Of a stretch of DNA of 32,000 nucleotides, positions 1-8,832 are shown one piece after another. Both the position numbers and the translations under genes were made by a program. Positions within the stretch are counted from its first letter, which is position 1, and each line of letters starts with the position of its first letter. The notes below the pieces were generated by a model. That model was not told where the DNA came from. It ran no database searches and saw nothing but the letters and a program-made list of their open reading frames with translations. Source of the stretch: Synechococcus sp. PCC 7336 (GTDB lineage: Bacteria > Cyanobacteriota > Cyanobacteriia > Thermostichales > PCC-7336); assembly GCF_000332275.1 (NCBI RefSeq), contig NZ_CM001776.1, positions 2,761,737 through 2,793,736 of the forward strand, given 5' to 3'.

Positions 1-1253
1 AGCTAGAAAAAGCATTGATTTCTACTAAAATTGCTATCCTACAAAATGGCACACTGCTGACCGGTCTCACAGTTACCGAGTGGGAGTCAAGTACCCATGA
101 CATTCAAAAAACGCTTGAATTCATTAAAATGAGGCTAGCCCATCTTGACTTCCCCAAAGAGGCTGATTGGAGACTAGAGCAGATTTCCGAGCTAGACAAT
201 CCAGAAACCGTTGAAAATTTATCTGCATATTACCTAAGCCGTGTCATCAACCGTGCCCGCAACTGGATTCAGGGCCAACGTAAAGACTTATTCAAAAACC
301 AAACTGTACGCTGGAGCATTAATCTTGGAGTACCGGTAGAGTATTGTGATTCTCCTGCATTGGAGAGATTTCAGCGAGTATTATCCCTAGCATGGTTGTT
401 ATCTAATACACCATCTACTGAAGAGTCATTGACTATATCCTCTTTAAATCTACTAGGAACATACCTGCGCCAATGGATGAAAGATAATGTCACGAATGAT
501 GAATTGGACTGTATGACTACTCCTGAAATATCAGCAGCTGTCTGGTCTTTTCTCAGCTCTCGTCAGGCAAGGGAAAAATTCTATACATTCTTCGACTTTG
601 GAGATGGTACTCTAGATGGCGCTGCCTTTAGGTTTTGGCGAGAAAACGAAGGTGATTCACTAAGAGTTGATTTTTATTTTGGCCAGGTTCGTCCTTTAGG
701 AGTAACAGCTTTTATTCAGCAGACTGCCTCGGAATACGAGACTTCTACCGACAAAATTTATCAGGCTCTTTTTGAGGTGGGATTGGCAGCAGGTGATTGG
801 CTATCTTCCGTAATAGAAACGAGTGTAACGCGGCGAAGTGTTCAAAAGCTCATAGCTTCGGTCGTTACAAATGGTATGAGTAAGCATAAAAACAATCGTG
901 GCATCTTATCTAAAAATGAATTAGGCAATAACCTAGAAGTTTTTTTAGGGGGTGGCGGCGGGCAGAATCCTTTCTTTCGAAACATGGTTCAGGCAACCTA
1001 CAAAGACTTCCAGCACGATAGAGCAGGAATTCCCCAGTATCAAATTAAGCAAATTCCTGTCCCGAATACCTTATCAATGAATGGCTTAGACGCTGATGAC
1101 TTTCATCGCTTTGCCGTTGCCTATGGTCTTTCTATACCCACTTGGGAAGGACCTGAAATCCGTCTTCCCAGTCAAGTCGAGGCAAATTATACTCTTACCC
1201 CTAAGGAGTTAAATCAAGTAACACCATACGAAGATACGAAAGATTTAACGTAA
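1..1253 (+). CDS. Hsp70/actin-fold (ASKHA) ATPase-like protein, nucleotide-binding domain only; 5' end probably upstream of the window
   Basis: The frame is open from nt 3 to the left edge; the ORF track starts it at a TTG at 15. Motifs occur in Hsp70 order: VRWSINLGVPVEY (cf. VITVPAYF), TTPEISAAVWSF (cf. NEPTAAALAY, ~nt 521-556), FFDFGDGTLDGAAF (cf. DLGGGTFD phosphate-2, ~nt 591-630), VFLGGGGGQNPF (cf. LVGGSTRIP, ~nt 941-975) and HRFAVAYGLS (cf. DEAVAxGAA, ~nt 1101-1130). No phosphate-1 DxGTT motif is visible, consistent with truncation by the window edge. There is no substrate-binding domain. Confidence 0.6.
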   Translation, partial: LEKALISTKIAILQNGTLLTGLTVTEWESSTHDIQKTLEFIKMRLAHLDFPKEADWRLEQISELDNPETVENLSAYYLSRVINRARNWIQGQRKDLFKNQTVRWSINLGVPVEYCDSPALERFQRVLSLAWLLSNTPSTEESLTISSLNLLGTYLRQWMKDNVTNDELDCMTTPEISAAVWSFLSSRQAREKFYTFFDFGDGTLDGAAFRFWRENEGDSLRVDFYFGQVRPLGVTAFIQQTASEYETSTDKIYQALFEVGLAAGDWLSSVIETSVTRRSVQKLIASVVTNGMSKHKNNRGILSKNELGNNLEVFLGGGGGQNPFFRNMVQATYKDFQHDRAGIPQYQIKQIPVPNTLSMNGLDADDFHRFAVAYGLSIPTWEGPEIRLPSQVEANYTLTPKELNQVTPYEDTKDLT

Positions 1254-1326
1254 GGAGATCTAATTTCTAATTCTCCTACTTGAGTAAAAGCAATTTTTGC
1301 CTGAGGTTGACTCATATTTCATAGCA

Positions 1327-4300
1327 ATGACCAATCAAAATCAATCGTCAAGCAGCACTGAAAGTTGGAATCCTGAAATTCCCCATCAAGAGGTAAGAAT
1401 TCGCTCCAACCCCGGTCGTCGCGGACTAACTACAGGCAAGGTTCGCAAGGCAGGGACACGTATTTTAGTTCAGGTGCAGTTTGGACCGAACGAGAAAGTC
1501 TACAAGCCGCAGAATCTGCTTGAGCTCTGTGGCGATGATGATAGTATAAAATCTCTATTCAAACAGAAACGATTTGGCGGCCCAGACGATTTAAGGCGAA
1601 TTTTAACCTATGAGAAAGTGAAAGGAAAACTAACCAATGTTTTCTACAGCATGGAAGCCAGTCAAACAGACTTTTATGCCCATCAGTTTAAGCCAGTGCT
1701 CAAATTTCTCAATTCTTCAGTAGGACGTTTGTTGATTGCCGATGAGGTAGGACTGGGTAAAACGATCGAGGCCATGTACGTTTGGAAAGAACTCCAGGCT
1801 CGTGCAGATGCCCGACGACTCCTCATTGTTTGTCCGGCTATGCTGCGTCAAAAGTGGCAAGACGATCTGCGCCAGCGCTTCAACATCTTTGCCGAAATTG
1901 TCAATGCCAAAGAGTTAGTCAATAAAGTTAGAACTTGTTTAGAAACCCAGCACCTCCAGCCTCTTACATGTATTGTTAGTCTAGAGGGACTACGTCCGAG
2001 TGCAAACTGGGAAGATCGGACTGTTAAAAACTCGCGAGCAGAATTTGCAAGACTACTAGATACAAATCCTGCAACTGACGATTTCGGGCTCTTCGATCTA
2101 GCAATTATTGATGAAGCACACTATCTGAGAAATGCTAGCACTGCAAATAATCGCATAGGTCGACTTATCCGCGATGCATCTCGGCATCTGTTGCTGCTGA
2201 CAGCTACTCCTATTCAGGTGCAAAGTTCTAATCTTTACCAATTGTTACGTCTTGTTAGCCCAGATGATTTTTTCAATGAGCTAATTTTTGAAAACATGCT
2301 TGAAGCAAATTATTCCATCATTCAAGCATTACGCTATCTATGGGCGAATCAGCCAAGGCTAGAACAAGCTCGGGCTGCCATCAAACAGTCGATGAGATCG
2401 GAATATTTTAAAGATAATCGTTTGCTTCATTATGTTTATAATATCTTGCAGGAATCTGAGCAGATTGATGAAGCAAATCGTGTTGAACTAGGTTATAAAC
2501 TCGAAAAAATCTCCCTACTCAATCAGTATGTCACACGCAGCCGCAAGCGCGATGTCTTGCCGAACCGAGTAAAGCGAGATCCACAGACTCTAAACGTCTA
2601 TTTTTCTCCTTTAGAACAAGAGATTTATAATTATGTGACTCAAAAAATTAAGCAACAAACTCGAGGCAGGCAAGGAGTCTCTTTATTTAGATTAATCGCT
2701 CGACAGCGCCAAATGGCAAGTTGTATGGTTGCGGCTCTTCAGTCTTGGAAAATTGATGGTATTCTAGGTGACCTGATTGATGAATCACTATGGGAAGATT
2801 TTGGAATTTCAGCAGAATTGCAAGATGGAGAAGCAGAAGAGCAATCACCTCTAGATGTAGTCCTTACCTTGCTCCAAAAAGTTAACACAACGGAATTAGA
2901 GAAGCAAGATAGCAAATATAATCGGCTCCAACAATTTCTCCATAGGCAGCTTCAAGTGAATGCTAGCGAAAAGTTCGTCATTTTTGCTTATTTCAGAGGA
3001 ACCCTCCAGTATTTGGAAAGACGTTTGCAAGCAGATGGAATCTCCACTTGCTTAATCATAGGTGGGATGGGAAATGCCAAGTGGGATGTCATTAATCAGT
3101 TCGCTGAGAAATGCGGTCCTTCAGTCTTGTTGTCTTCTGAAGTAGGCAGTGAGGGTATCGATCTCCAACATTGTCGGTTTTTAGTTAACTATGACTTACC
3201 TTGGAATCCGATGAGGGTAGAGCAAAGAATTGGGCGTTTAGATCGCTTAGGCCAAAAAGCAGATCGAATCTCAATCATCAACTTCAGTTTAGTAGATACC
3301 GTTGAAGAACGTATTTTAGAGCGTCTCTACGAACGGATTAATATATTTCGAGAGAGCATTGGAGATCTAGAAAATATTCTTGGCGAGACAACTGAGCAAT
3401 TGCTTGTTGAACTCTTTTCAGAGCAGCTTACCCCCGAAGAGCAGGAACAGCGGGCCACTGAAACCACAATGGCACTTTTGAAAGAACGTGCTCTACAAGA
3501 TGAATTAGAAACTGAAGCTATTAATATATTAGCTTTCTCAGATCGTATTCTTCAGTCAATCACAGATAGCCGGGAACAAGGCCGCTGGCTTCAACCTGAG
3601 GAACTTCGGACTTTTGTGGAGGACTGTTTTTCTCGCTACTACCCCGGTACAGTAATCGTACCAAAGCCAAATCAGGATAAACTTTATGAAATAACTCTTT
3701 CTGAAGCTGCTAAGGTTAGCTTGCAGTTATTTCTTACTCAAAACCGTTGTGTAACTCCTACACAGCTTCATTTATCGAGTATTCCAATTGCCTGCTTCTT
3801 CGATTCTAAAATCGCAGGCGTAATGGGAAAACGCAATGAACTTTTAGATTCTACTCATCCTCTAATTCTTTGGATTCGCCACCGCTACGAAACAGCAGCT
3901 CAAAAGCTCCATCCTATTTCAGCCACTCAAATTGACCAACAAATAGTTGGCCTACCTCTAGGAATTTATGTTTATGTCGTTTGTCGCTGGACATTTATCG
4001 GACTCAAAACAGAGAATAAAATTGGCTATCAGGTTGCCTGCTACAGCAACAGCAAATTACTCTCCGATCGAGTTTCTGAGTTTGTGTTGGCTAAAGCCAT
4101 GCAGCAAGGAGGGGATAAGCCTAATGCTCATAACTTCATTGACGATCTCGATCGCCTTTTAGACTTACATCAAAAATGTGAAGACTTCCTTGAAGACTCC
4201 TTTGGTAAGGCACTTGAAGAATTTGAGATTGAGAATGAAAATCATTGCAATATTCAGGAGCGTAGTGCTAGAGCTTTTGCCGAACGCAAGCAGCGCGAGC

Positions 4301-4485
4301 TAGAAGATCGCATTCAACGATTTAAGCAAGCTGGCAAGACCCAGATTATTCCAGCCACAGAAGGCCAGTTGAGAAAAGTAAATCGAGAGCTGGAAGTCAA
4401 GCTCAAGTCTATTCAAGAGAAGCGTGAGGGTATCGCCTTCGAGCAAGTTCAATTAGCTTCAGGCGTGATTTTTGTCGAACCGTAA
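1327..4485 (+). CDS. SNF2-family (SF2) DEAH helicase/translocase with beta-rich N-terminal region and ~350-aa unassigned C-terminal region
   Basis: The ORF is open from TTG 1297; the first ATG is at 1327. SNF2/SF2 motifs present: LIADEVGLGKTIEA (Walker A, ~nt 1741), IIDEAHYLRN (DEAH, nt 2110-2121), LLLTATPIQ (motif III), LLSSEVGSEGIDLQ and NYDLPWNPMRVEQRIGRLDRLGQ (motifs V-VI, ~nt 3190-3255). It lies on the same strand as the upstream ATPase-like gene, 43-73 nt downstream, and shares its low GC. Confidence 0.85.
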   Translation: MTNQNQSSSSTESWNPEIPHQEVRIRSNPGRRGLTTGKVRKAGTRILVQVQFGPNEKVYKPQNLLELCGDDDSIKSLFKQKRFGGPDDLRRILTYEKVKGKLTNVFYSMEASQTDFYAHQFKPVLKFLNSSVGRLLIADEVGLGKTIEAMYVWKELQARADARRLLIVCPAMLRQKWQDDLRQRFNIFAEIVNAKELVNKVRTCLETQHLQPLTCIVSLEGLRPSANWEDRTVKNSRAEFARLLDTNPATDDFGLFDLAIIDEAHYLRNASTANNRIGRLIRDASRHLLLLTATPIQVQSSNLYQLLRLVSPDDFFNELIFENMLEANYSIIQALRYLWANQPRLEQARAAIKQSMRSEYFKDNRLLHYVYNILQESEQIDEANRVELGYKLEKISLLNQYVTRSRKRDVLPNRVKRDPQTLNVYFSPLEQEIYNYVTQKIKQQTRGRQGVSLFRLIARQRQMASCMVAALQSWKIDGILGDLIDESLWEDFGISAELQDGEAEEQSPLDVVLTLLQKVNTTELEKQDSKYNRLQQFLHRQLQVNASEKFVIFAYFRGTLQYLERRLQADGISTCLIIGGMGNAKWDVINQFAEKCGPSVLLSSEVGSEGIDLQHCRFLVNYDLPWNPMRVEQRIGRLDRLGQKADRISIINFSLVDTVEERILERLYERINIFRESIGDLENILGETTEQLLVELFSEQLTPEEQEQRATETTMALLKERALQDELETEAINILAFSDRILQSITDSREQGRWLQPEELRTFVEDCFSRYYPGTVIVPKPNQDKLYEITLSEAAKVSLQLFLTQNRCVTPTQLHLSSIPIACFFDSKIAGVMGKRNELLDSTHPLILWIRHRYETAAQKLHPISATQIDQQIVGLPLGIYVYVVCRWTFIGLKTENKIGYQVACYSNSKLLSDRVSEFVLAKAMQQGGDKPNAHNFIDDLDRLLDLHQKCEDFLEDSFGKALEEFEIENENHCNIQERSARAFAERKQRELEDRIQRFKQAGKTQIIPATEGQLRKVNRELEVKLKSIQEKREGIAFEQVQLASGVIFVEP

Positions 4486-4516
4486 TTTTTTCAAGATTTG
4501 ACATACTTCCTATGCC

Positions 4517-4536
4517 AAAAAGACTATGGTCTTTTT
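4517..4536 (+). terminator. AT-rich hairpin AAAAAGAC-TATG-GTCTTTTT 30 nt after the SNF2 stop; possible weak or bidirectional intrinsic terminator
   Basis: Perfect 8-bp inverted repeat with a 4-nt loop whose 3' arm ends in a T-run. The stem has low GC, so it is weak. Confidence 0.3.
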
Positions 4537-4795
4537 AAGAATGTGTTTGGAGCCATCCATCACATCTGACAGATTCAGCGCCGGATTTACCTGCAGCTTC
4601 ACTTTGTTGATAGAGGATTAGGTTGTCAATTGCGGTTTTGTGAATGGCAATGAGGTATTGAGGGCGATCGCCAGTCCCACTTTAGGTTCCAGTCTCGTGC
4701 AGGCAAGAAAATATGAGCTGAGGGGCTTGTTGATGTGGCATTCAAGGAAAGCAATAACTGCAAAGATCCTCGGTAGAGATAGTCTAAAAGGATAA

Positions 4796-5108
4796 TTACC
4801 CTACACTCGCAATCACTTGACCAATATCTTGAGGTGAAGCTCCAGTCGCTAAAATCGTACGAATTAGCAACTCAATGGATACGAAAACATCTCCATTTTC
4901 AGCGTTTGCAATGCGCGGTTGGCTGGAATGAATCCTTTCTGCCAACTCAGATTGAGCCATGAGTGACTGTCTTCGCTCTTTAAGACTATGGCTAAGCGCA
5001 AGCTTGATTTCTCGGAATTGCTTCTTCTGGACTCAATTCTAGGAAATCTGAAACTGTGCCAACTGTCCAGCCCTTATCTTCCAGTTTTTTGCGAGTTTGC
5101 CGATCCAT
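4796..5108 (-). pseudogene. XRE-family HTH antitoxin (HigA-like), frameshifted
   Basis: The minus strand from ATG 5108 reads MDRQTRKKLEDKGWTVGTVSDFLELSPEEA. The frame breaks near 5015-5024. A different frame then continues FREIKLALSHSLKERRQSLMAQSELAERIHSSQPRIANAENGDVFVSIELLIRTILATGASPQDIGQVIASVG* with its stop at 4796-4798. Joined, the two parts give the canonical layout of this antitoxin family. Neither part is in the ORF track because each is under 60 aa. Confidence 0.6.
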
Positions 5109-5112
5109 GCTA

Positions 5113-5208
5113 CTAGCCCTGTTTATCTCTGTCGTACTGACTTAAGCGTTTTTTGCAAATATCGATGACATGCTTGGGTGTTGAAGTTGCCTTAGCAGGA
5201 ATCCTGCC
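5113..5208 (-). pseudogene. C-terminal remnant of a HigB/Gp49-like (RelE-fold) toxin
   Basis: The minus strand reads GRIPAKATSTPKHVIDICKKRLSQYDRDKQG*, ending 4 nt before the antitoxin ATG. The pattern K-x-T-x-x-TPK-x-x-I-x-I-x-KKRL-x-x-Y matches the conserved tail KKTQKTPKREIELAKRR of Gp49-type toxins. An in-frame TGA lies immediately upstream, so only ~31 codons survive. Confidence 0.45.
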
Positions 5209-5390
5209 TCAAGTCTGGCAGGTTAGCTAATAAGGAGGTGTTTTAATCTCACCGTGTAGCCAAACAAGAGGTTTATCGTTTTTGCGCATGCACTTGTCTC
5301 ATATCTGATATATTCTGCTAATGTCAGCGGGCAGCACAAAGCAAATGCCCGCCAGAACCCCAGCCGCGAGAGGAAGAGCCAAGAGGCTAG

Positions 5391-5424
5391 TTCTAATGGG
5401 CCAAAAATTCTAATGGGCCAAAAA
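5391..5424. repeat. Perfect 17-bp tandem duplication TTCTAATGGGCCAAAAA x2 spanning the stop codon of the hydrolase gene
   Basis: Read directly: copies at 5391-5407 and 5408-5424. The second copy contains the minus-strand stop (CTA at 5410-5412) and the last four codons. Confidence 0.9.
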
Positions 5425-6300
5425 CTGACGCACAGTAGCCAAATACTCGTCGGGACATTCCAACATCGGCAGGTGGGCCACCTCGGGCAGTTCGACGTGG
5501 CGAACCTCGGGATTGAGCTCAGCCGCCATTCGACCGAGCGCAGAGGGGATAATGATGTCCTTCTCCCCCGAAACAATCAGGGTGGGACGCTGAATCTTGC
5601 GAAAGGCTTCCGGTTGAGCCACGCTAGCGTGCTTGCTAACGCTGGTATAGAGCGTGCCGAGACTAGCTGGTATGTCCGCTTGCATATAGTCGGCTAAAAA
5701 CGCTTGGCGCACCTGTGCGGGGGGCATTTTGTGGACAAACCGGGCGATCGTCATCCGATCCATCCCCGGTATCCGCGACAGCCACTGAGGCCGAATCCGC
5801 ACGACCGTGCTGCCAATTTGTTGAAACAAGCCAAACACCAGCGCGTTGTATTCGAAGATGCCACCGCAGGCAAAAATAGCCCGATCCACCCGTTCGGGAG
5901 TCTGACTGATAAACAGGGCGGCAATGGAAGACCCCATCGAATGGGCTTGAATCGAGATGCGATCTAAGTGCAGCGCATCTACCAGTTCCTTCAGTTCTGT
6001 GGCGTAATGCTCTAGCGCATAGGCTGCGTGGCGAGGATCGGCGAAGGGGATAGGTTGCTGGAGCGATCGCGCCGAAGATCGCCCAAATCCTCGCAGATCG
6101 TATAGCAGACAGTCATAGGTATCCGACAGGGCGCGGGCCGTGGCTTCCCAATATCGCGCCGAACCGCCCCACCCGTGCAGAAAGACCATGACCGGGCGAT
6201 CGCCTGTAGGTGCATCTCCCCCGTTCTCCACGATCCATTCGTAGTAGTGCGGGCTACTGTCAATGTCGAGATAAGGCATCGGAGAGAGTGGCGATGGCAA
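5410..6300 (-). CDS. alpha/beta-fold hydrolase
   Basis: 296-aa ORF with the oxyanion motif VMVFLHGWGGSARYW and the nucleophile elbow AHSMGSS (GxSxG). GC-rich and contains HIP1. Confidence 0.85.
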   Translation of the reverse strand: MPSPLSPMPYLDIDSSPHYYEWIVENGGDAPTGDRPVMVFLHGWGGSARYWEATARALSDTYDCLLYDLRGFGRSSARSLQQPIPFADPRHAAYALEHYATELKELVDALHLDRISIQAHSMGSSIAALFISQTPERVDRAIFACGGIFEYNALVFGLFQQIGSTVVRIRPQWLSRIPGMDRMTIARFVHKMPPAQVRQAFLADYMQADIPASLGTLYTSVSKHASVAQPEAFRKIQRPTLIVSGEKDIIIPSALGRMAAELNPEVRHVELPEVAHLPMLECPDEYLATVRQFLAH

Positions 6301-6352
6301 ACATCACCGACCATCCTAGGACACTTTGCCGAACATATTCTGGGCCAGCGCT

Positions 6353-7819
6353 CTATCCGGACTGGCTGGTTTCTGGAGATCGATCTCCTTCGAGCTCGCT
6401 TGCCGATTCTGCTGGAGCGGGGGCGTCAGAACTTTCCTGCTCGCTACTCACTGCTTCAGTCGCACTGTCTTCGGGGGGCACAAACAGCTTCATCTTGCCC
6501 GGATTGAGAATGCCGAGGGGATCGGCTTCGTACTTAAAGGCCAATTGTACGGGATTGCCCGCATCGTGCCCCCCTTCCTCCAAAATGAATGTATGCGGAT
6601 TGGAAATTCCCACACCGATCGCGAAACACTCATCCATCATTCCTTGGAGCTGCTCGCGATCGCGATACCGCAACACCGGTAGCGACCAATAATTGACCGC
6701 CCCCATAAACCGCACCATTTCTACGTGGATCGACCAATCTTCGCCAAATTTTTCTTTTAATTGAGACGACTGCTCCCAGCTTTTTTGGGGATCGGCAGCA
6801 AAAGCACATTGCAGGTAAGTGAAATTCTCGTTGTATTTCTTCGCCCACAAGGTGGTATGGTTCCACGTCGCATCGCTAAGGGTTGGGGCTCCGGGCTCGT
6901 ACAGCGGAATCTCGGCAGTGACTCCGCCGTCAAAATCCTGCACCAGCAGTCTGGTTTCATTCGCATCAGTGGGATCGACGAGCAGTAACACTGTATGTTT
7001 GTCGGGATCGGCTACGTTAGCGAGTACTTTTTGGTAGGCAATCAGAGGCTGCTCTAGCAAGGCAATCTCCCGCTTGTGAATCCCCTCGCTCCGCCCCAAG
7101 GCCCAACAAAAATTATGGGCGGCTTGCAGGCTCTCGAAGGCCACGGCCATCTGAATCCAATCGGTGCGATGGGTGAGGGGTAGATCGATCTCCGTAATAA
7201 TGCTGTTCGTGCCATAGGCGTGCAGCACCTTGTCGATCTCTTTGCCTTTCAGCTCCAGCACCTGCGGTTCTTCGTTGGCGGTGACGACCCTAAGGGAGCG
7301 AACGTTACCGCGATCGCGCAACACGCCATGATTGATGCTGCCAATCCCACAACTGCCCCCCGCAATGAATCCCCCGATCGTAGACATGGCGATCGTGCTG
7401 GGATACATGCGCAATTCCAGGCCGCACTCTCGCCCTGCCTGCTCGATATCCAACAGCTTCACACCAGCTTCCACCCGCACGCCGCCATTCTCGAACCCCA
7501 AAATCCGATCCATCGGTTTGAGATCCAGTACAATTCCTCCTTGCAGCGGAATGGCTTGACCGTAATTGCCAGTACCCAAGCCGCGCGCCACCACCGGCAC
7601 CCGATGTCGATGGGCTAGCCGCAGCACGTCGATCGCCTCAGCCTCGGACGAACATTGCACCACTGCATCGGCCTGTTTGTCCGACAACTCTTCTATCAGC
7701 CAAGGACTGTACCAGAAGTAATCCTTCGACAGACGCTCGCAAACCCCCGCATCGGTCAAAATCGCCTCAGCCGAAACAACCGATCGCAGATCTTTGAGAA
7801 AGGCTGGAGGGATTGCCAT
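6353..7819 (-). CDS. FAD-binding (FAD_binding_4 / GlcD-like) oxidoreductase
   Basis: 488-aa ORF. The N-terminal FAD-binding signature is VVARGLGTGNYGQAIP...GGIVLDL and the C-terminal part resembles FAD-linked oxidases. It ends in an acidic, low-complexity tail. Confidence 0.8.
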   Translation of the reverse strand: MAIPPAFLKDLRSVVSAEAILTDAGVCERLSKDYFWYSPWLIEELSDKQADAVVQCSSEAEAIDVLRLAHRHRVPVVARGLGTGNYGQAIPLQGGIVLDLKPMDRILGFENGGVRVEAGVKLLDIEQAGRECGLELRMYPSTIAMSTIGGFIAGGSCGIGSINHGVLRDRGNVRSLRVVTANEEPQVLELKGKEIDKVLHAYGTNSIITEIDLPLTHRTDWIQMAVAFESLQAAHNFCWALGRSEGIHKREIALLEQPLIAYQKVLANVADPDKHTVLLLVDPTDANETRLLVQDFDGGVTAEIPLYEPGAPTLSDATWNHTTLWAKKYNENFTYLQCAFAADPQKSWEQSSQLKEKFGEDWSIHVEMVRFMGAVNYWSLPVLRYRDREQLQGMMDECFAIGVGISNPHTFILEEGGHDAGNPVQLAFKYEADPLGILNPGKMKLFVPPEDSATEAVSSEQESSDAPAPAESASELEGDRSPETSQSG

Positions 7820-8029
7820 AGTGCTTGCGTCGAGCAGTCTGAGTTTACGTAATTCATTGATTCTAGGCTAGGTGTCCGCGCTTGCGCAGATGGGGGCTGG
7901 GGCAGTGGAGTCGTACCCTGCAGAATTCAGCGACAATTCGATGGATAGTTTAGATTGAAATTGTATCCGTGCAGCTCTTACCAATCCTTGCCTCTTTTCG
8001 CAAACGATCGTTCCCCTCGCATCTTCCCC

Positions 8030-8425
8030 ATGCTGGTCCCTCAAGCTTCCATCACCTATTCCCCCAGTACCTATCGCCGAGCGGAGCGAGCCATGCGTTG
8101 TGCGCCGTTTTGCCATCCTCTCTACACCGTCATGCTCGATGGCAGCGTCGATTTAGCTGAAATTGGCGATCGGGCTGGCAGCAGTCGAGGTTACACCCTT
8201 CGCCCCATCTCCGAACGGGCGGTGGAAGACGATTTGATGTGGCTGATTCAAGTGGGGGCGATTCGGCGGGAAGTGGACGGTCAGGGTATTACTAGCCGCT
8301 ATCGCTTGGCCCCCATCGGTCGCCAGTTATTCGGTCGCTGGGACAAAGGCGATCGCATTGCCGGTACCGCAAGCTGGTTGGCGCGTCTTTGGAATCAACT
8401 GCTGCGCTGGCGAATTCTGCGATAG
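8030..8425 (+). CDS. conserved hypothetical protein (cyanobacterial type)
   Basis: ORF 7955..8425. I prefer ATG 8030 (MLVPQASITYSP...) as the start. Composition is coherent and HIP1 is present. I could assign no motif. Confidence 0.45.
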   Translation: MLVPQASITYSPSTYRRAERAMRCAPFCHPLYTVMLDGSVDLAEIGDRAGSSRGYTLRPISERAVEDDLMWLIQVGAIRREVDGQGITSRYRLAPIGRQLFGRWDKGDRIAGTASWLARLWNQLLRWRILR

Positions 8426-8468
8426 GGAAGAATCTTTAACAAGCAGTCATGCGGGAGAGCATTGCAGC

Positions 8469-8741
8469 GTGTCCGAACCCAAAGCATCCCCCCAACCGAC
8501 ATCCGCACCAACGGTCACCATCAAGTTTTTACCGGACGATGTCACCATTCAAGCGACTCCCGGAGAGTCGCTGCTAGCGGTGGCCGCGCGAGCGGGGGTC
8601 TCGATTCCGACGGGGTGTTTGCGGGGATCTTGCCATGCCTGCGAAGTGGAGACCGATTTGTGGGGGCCTATCTGTTCTTGTATTGCGGCAGTGCCGGAGC
8701 AATCGATGGTGGTGGAGCTGTGGAGCGACCCCACTTGGTGA
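8469..8741 (+). CDS. small 2Fe-2S ferredoxin-like protein
   Basis: VTIKFLPDDVTIQATPGESLLAVAARAGVSIPTGCLRGSCHACEV carries the plant-type Cys spacing C-x4-C-x2-C. ORF 8358..8741 overlaps the previous gene, so the in-frame GTG at 8469 is the more plausible start. Confidence 0.55.
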   Translation: MSEPKASPQPTSAPTVTIKFLPDDVTIQATPGESLLAVAARAGVSIPTGCLRGSCHACEVETDLWGPICSCIAAVPEQSMVVELWSDPTW

Positions 8742-8832
8742 GTGCAGGCGAGAGAATCTGTACTGGAGGGGGCATAATTCAAGCTAGAATTGCAGGTGCT
8801 CTGTCCGCATGTTGTGCATTTAGAGGCTACTC

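Noticed and set aside
4661-4675. Identical 15-mer AGGGCGATCGCCAGT at 4661-4675 and 15553-15567, each just to the right of a low-GC cassette; considered as a shared att or recombination scar
   Set aside because: The core is the extended HIP1 palindrome GGCGATCGCC. GGCGATCGCCAGT also occurs inside the yqjG-like gene (21186-21198). Coincidence in a HIP1-saturated genome is therefore likely.
4540-4795. Non-coding stretch between the SNF2 gene and the TA remnant, with several 25-50-codon open fragments on both strands
   Set aside because: I could assign no fragment to a protein family by eye and none has a convincing start. It is probably decayed sequence.
5223-5576. 117-aa minus-strand ORF overlapping the 3' end of the hydrolase gene in another frame
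   Set aside because: It is a shadow frame of the well-supported alpha/beta hydrolase ORF. Its sequence is Trp/Arg/Cys-rich with no motif.
8358-8468. Upstream extension of the ferredoxin-like ORF, overlapping the preceding gene by 68 nt
   Set aside because: The extension is Cys/Gly/Arg-rich and unlike ferredoxins. The in-frame GTG at 8469 just after the upstream stop is the more plausible start.
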